DNA of 18,204 bases from Leptolyngbyaceae cyanobacterium (GTDB taxonomy: Bacteria > Cyanobacteriota > Cyanobacteriia > Phormidesmidales > Phormidesmidaceae): assembly GCA_050331235.1 (NCBI GenBank), contig JBHJHA010000067.1, positions 1-18,204 on the forward strand, read 5' to 3'. Numbering within the stretch: the first letter of the stretch is position 1; every line of letters begins with the position of its first letter. The translations under genes were made by a program, and so were the position numbers. Below the pieces are notes generated by a model. The model was given only the letters and a program-made list of their open reading frames with translations, was not told where the DNA came from and searched no databases. This document shows, piece by piece, positions 17,151-18,204 of this stretch.

Positions 17151-17690
17151 GACTCAAGACTTCTTAACACCTTCACGATACTACCGTGAAAGTTTCCGTT
17201 TCCTGCGCAGAGCTAATGACTGGACCGCGTCACCCCAGGATAGACACCTCTCTAGCAGGTCAACGTTAGGCGCAGCTTGCCAAGTGACTCACCCAAACCT
17301 CCAAACACGATTAACTCGCCCGACAAATAAAGCTCCATCAAAAGATAGAGGCCCAACCACAAAAAGCTGTTTTAATCAGATTGAGTTATATCTCAGACGA
17401 TGACAACTTATCGGCTTTAACGGTCGTCTTGTTGATAAATGCGTTAAAACGATAAACATAACAAACAGTGAATCGTTTAAAAAGCTACAGAGTAAGTAAT
17501 GGGTCAGCGTTAAAGTAAAGGCGCTTTCAAACGGTAGGCTTTCGGGGACTCCTGCAGAACTGCTGAAATCGAGCTCATAGCGGTGTTAGAAGACTTACAA
17601 ACCGAATCGGTCATTCGTAGCAGAAGATTTCTTAAGACAATATAAAGATTGGCCGTTAGAATAGGATTCTGAGAGTGAAGGAGACGCGTC

Positions 17691-18032
17691 ATGTTCATTC
17701 GATTGGCAGAGCAGCACAGAAGTTTTGTGCAAGACCTCGTAATGAATCTGCAGGCTTTGTCCATTGTCCTTGAAAACAGAGGATACTTAGCCTCCTGCTA
17801 CACCTGCGGCGGCCAGATGAATAGCGCCTCTTTTATGGTTAGCTTGGGCGACGATCATTTGATTCGATTTTTGGTTTCTGATTATGGCATCACCTGGACA
17901 GAGATGCGTGACGATCGCGAGCTGATGAAACTGGAAGGGGCTGAAGCTATCAGTCAGCTCCAGGAACTGGCTGATTTAGTAAAGTTTGGCATTCAACCTT
18001 CGGCTTCTCAACCCAAGGCTGTCACTCGTTAG
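17691..18032 (+). CDS. DUF1815-family protein
   Basis: MFIRLAEQHRSFVQDLVMNLQAL...GYLASCYTCG...SASFMVSLGDDHLIRFLVSDYGITWTEMR...KLEGAEAI. AAGGAG RBS. Confidence 0.9.
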   Translation: MFIRLAEQHRSFVQDLVMNLQALSIVLENRGYLASCYTCGGQMNSASFMVSLGDDHLIRFLVSDYGITWTEMRDDRELMKLEGAEAISQLQELADLVKFGIQPSASQPKAVTR

Positions 18033-18064
18033 CAACCCATGTCTGAGCCCAAGACGATTGGGGG

Positions 18065-18204
18065 GAGACTGATCAGAATTTTGTGTAAGCGGTCTAGAAT
18101 CCCGATAACTCAGGAGACCGCATCATGCCTAAGAAAAAGCAAGAGCTGAATCGTGCCGATGAACTGCTGGATGAGATGCTCTCAGAGTGCCAGAGTCCAG
18201 AAGA
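18065..18204 (+). mobile_element. Left end of an IS256-family insertion sequence (truncated by the window edge)
   Basis: Terminal sequence GAGACTGATCAGAATTTTGTGTAA, whose reverse complement TTACACAAAATT...CTC is the usual IS256 end pattern. Followed by TAGAAT (-10-like), an AGGAG RBS and a transposase-like start. Confidence 0.75.
18125..18204 (+). CDS. IS256-family transposase, N-terminal fragment
   Basis: MPKKKQELNRADELLDEMLSECQSPE... resembles the ELLDELL..C.SPED N-terminus of IS256 transposases. Only 26 codons are visible. Confidence 0.7.
   Translation, partial: MPKKKQELNRADELLDEMLSECQSPE

Noticed and set aside
17151..17690. 540-nt AT-richer gap as a possible ncRNA or CRISPR leader
   Set aside because: I found no repeats or convincing stable structure. 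It is adequately explained as a divergent promoter region.
1..18204. CRISPR array, tandem repeat array, retron or other multi-gene defence system
   Set aside because: No regularly spaced direct repeats were seen, and no cas, reverse transcriptase, nuclease or cyclase gene was recognised.

Overview
Cyanobacterial chromosomal window. Evidence for the origin: about 25 HIP1 octamers (GCGATCGC) counted by eye, plus ndhN, gvp genes and cyanobacteria-type DUF genes. It is mostly core or housekeeping. In order: a serine hydrolase running off the left edge, a moaC-2TM-DUF3181 cluster, tRNA-Arg(ACG), an MFS transporter, a His/Cys-rich lipoprotein, DUF3082, a two-domain protein with a TIR/nucleoside-deoxyribosyltransferase-like C-terminus, cysE, a secreted PPC-like protein, a 53-aa membrane protein, a bactofilin, a strongly divergent helical-carotenoid-protein (OCP-NTD) homolog, a rhomboid protease, a secreted hypothetical protein, htpG, ndhN, an isolated gvpK-gvpF pair, a small charged protein, DUF1815, and the left end of an IS256-family element. 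I see no CRISPR array, prophage or multi-gene defence island, and I cannot support a complete new system from this window alone. The best leads are: the HCP homolog that has lost many carotenoid-contact residues; the TIR/NDT-like fusion gene preceded by a LexA-like palindrome and a ~100-nt hairpin; and the gvpK-gvpF pair detached from the rest of the gas-vesicle cluster. All family assignments come from motif recognition by eye, not from database searches.
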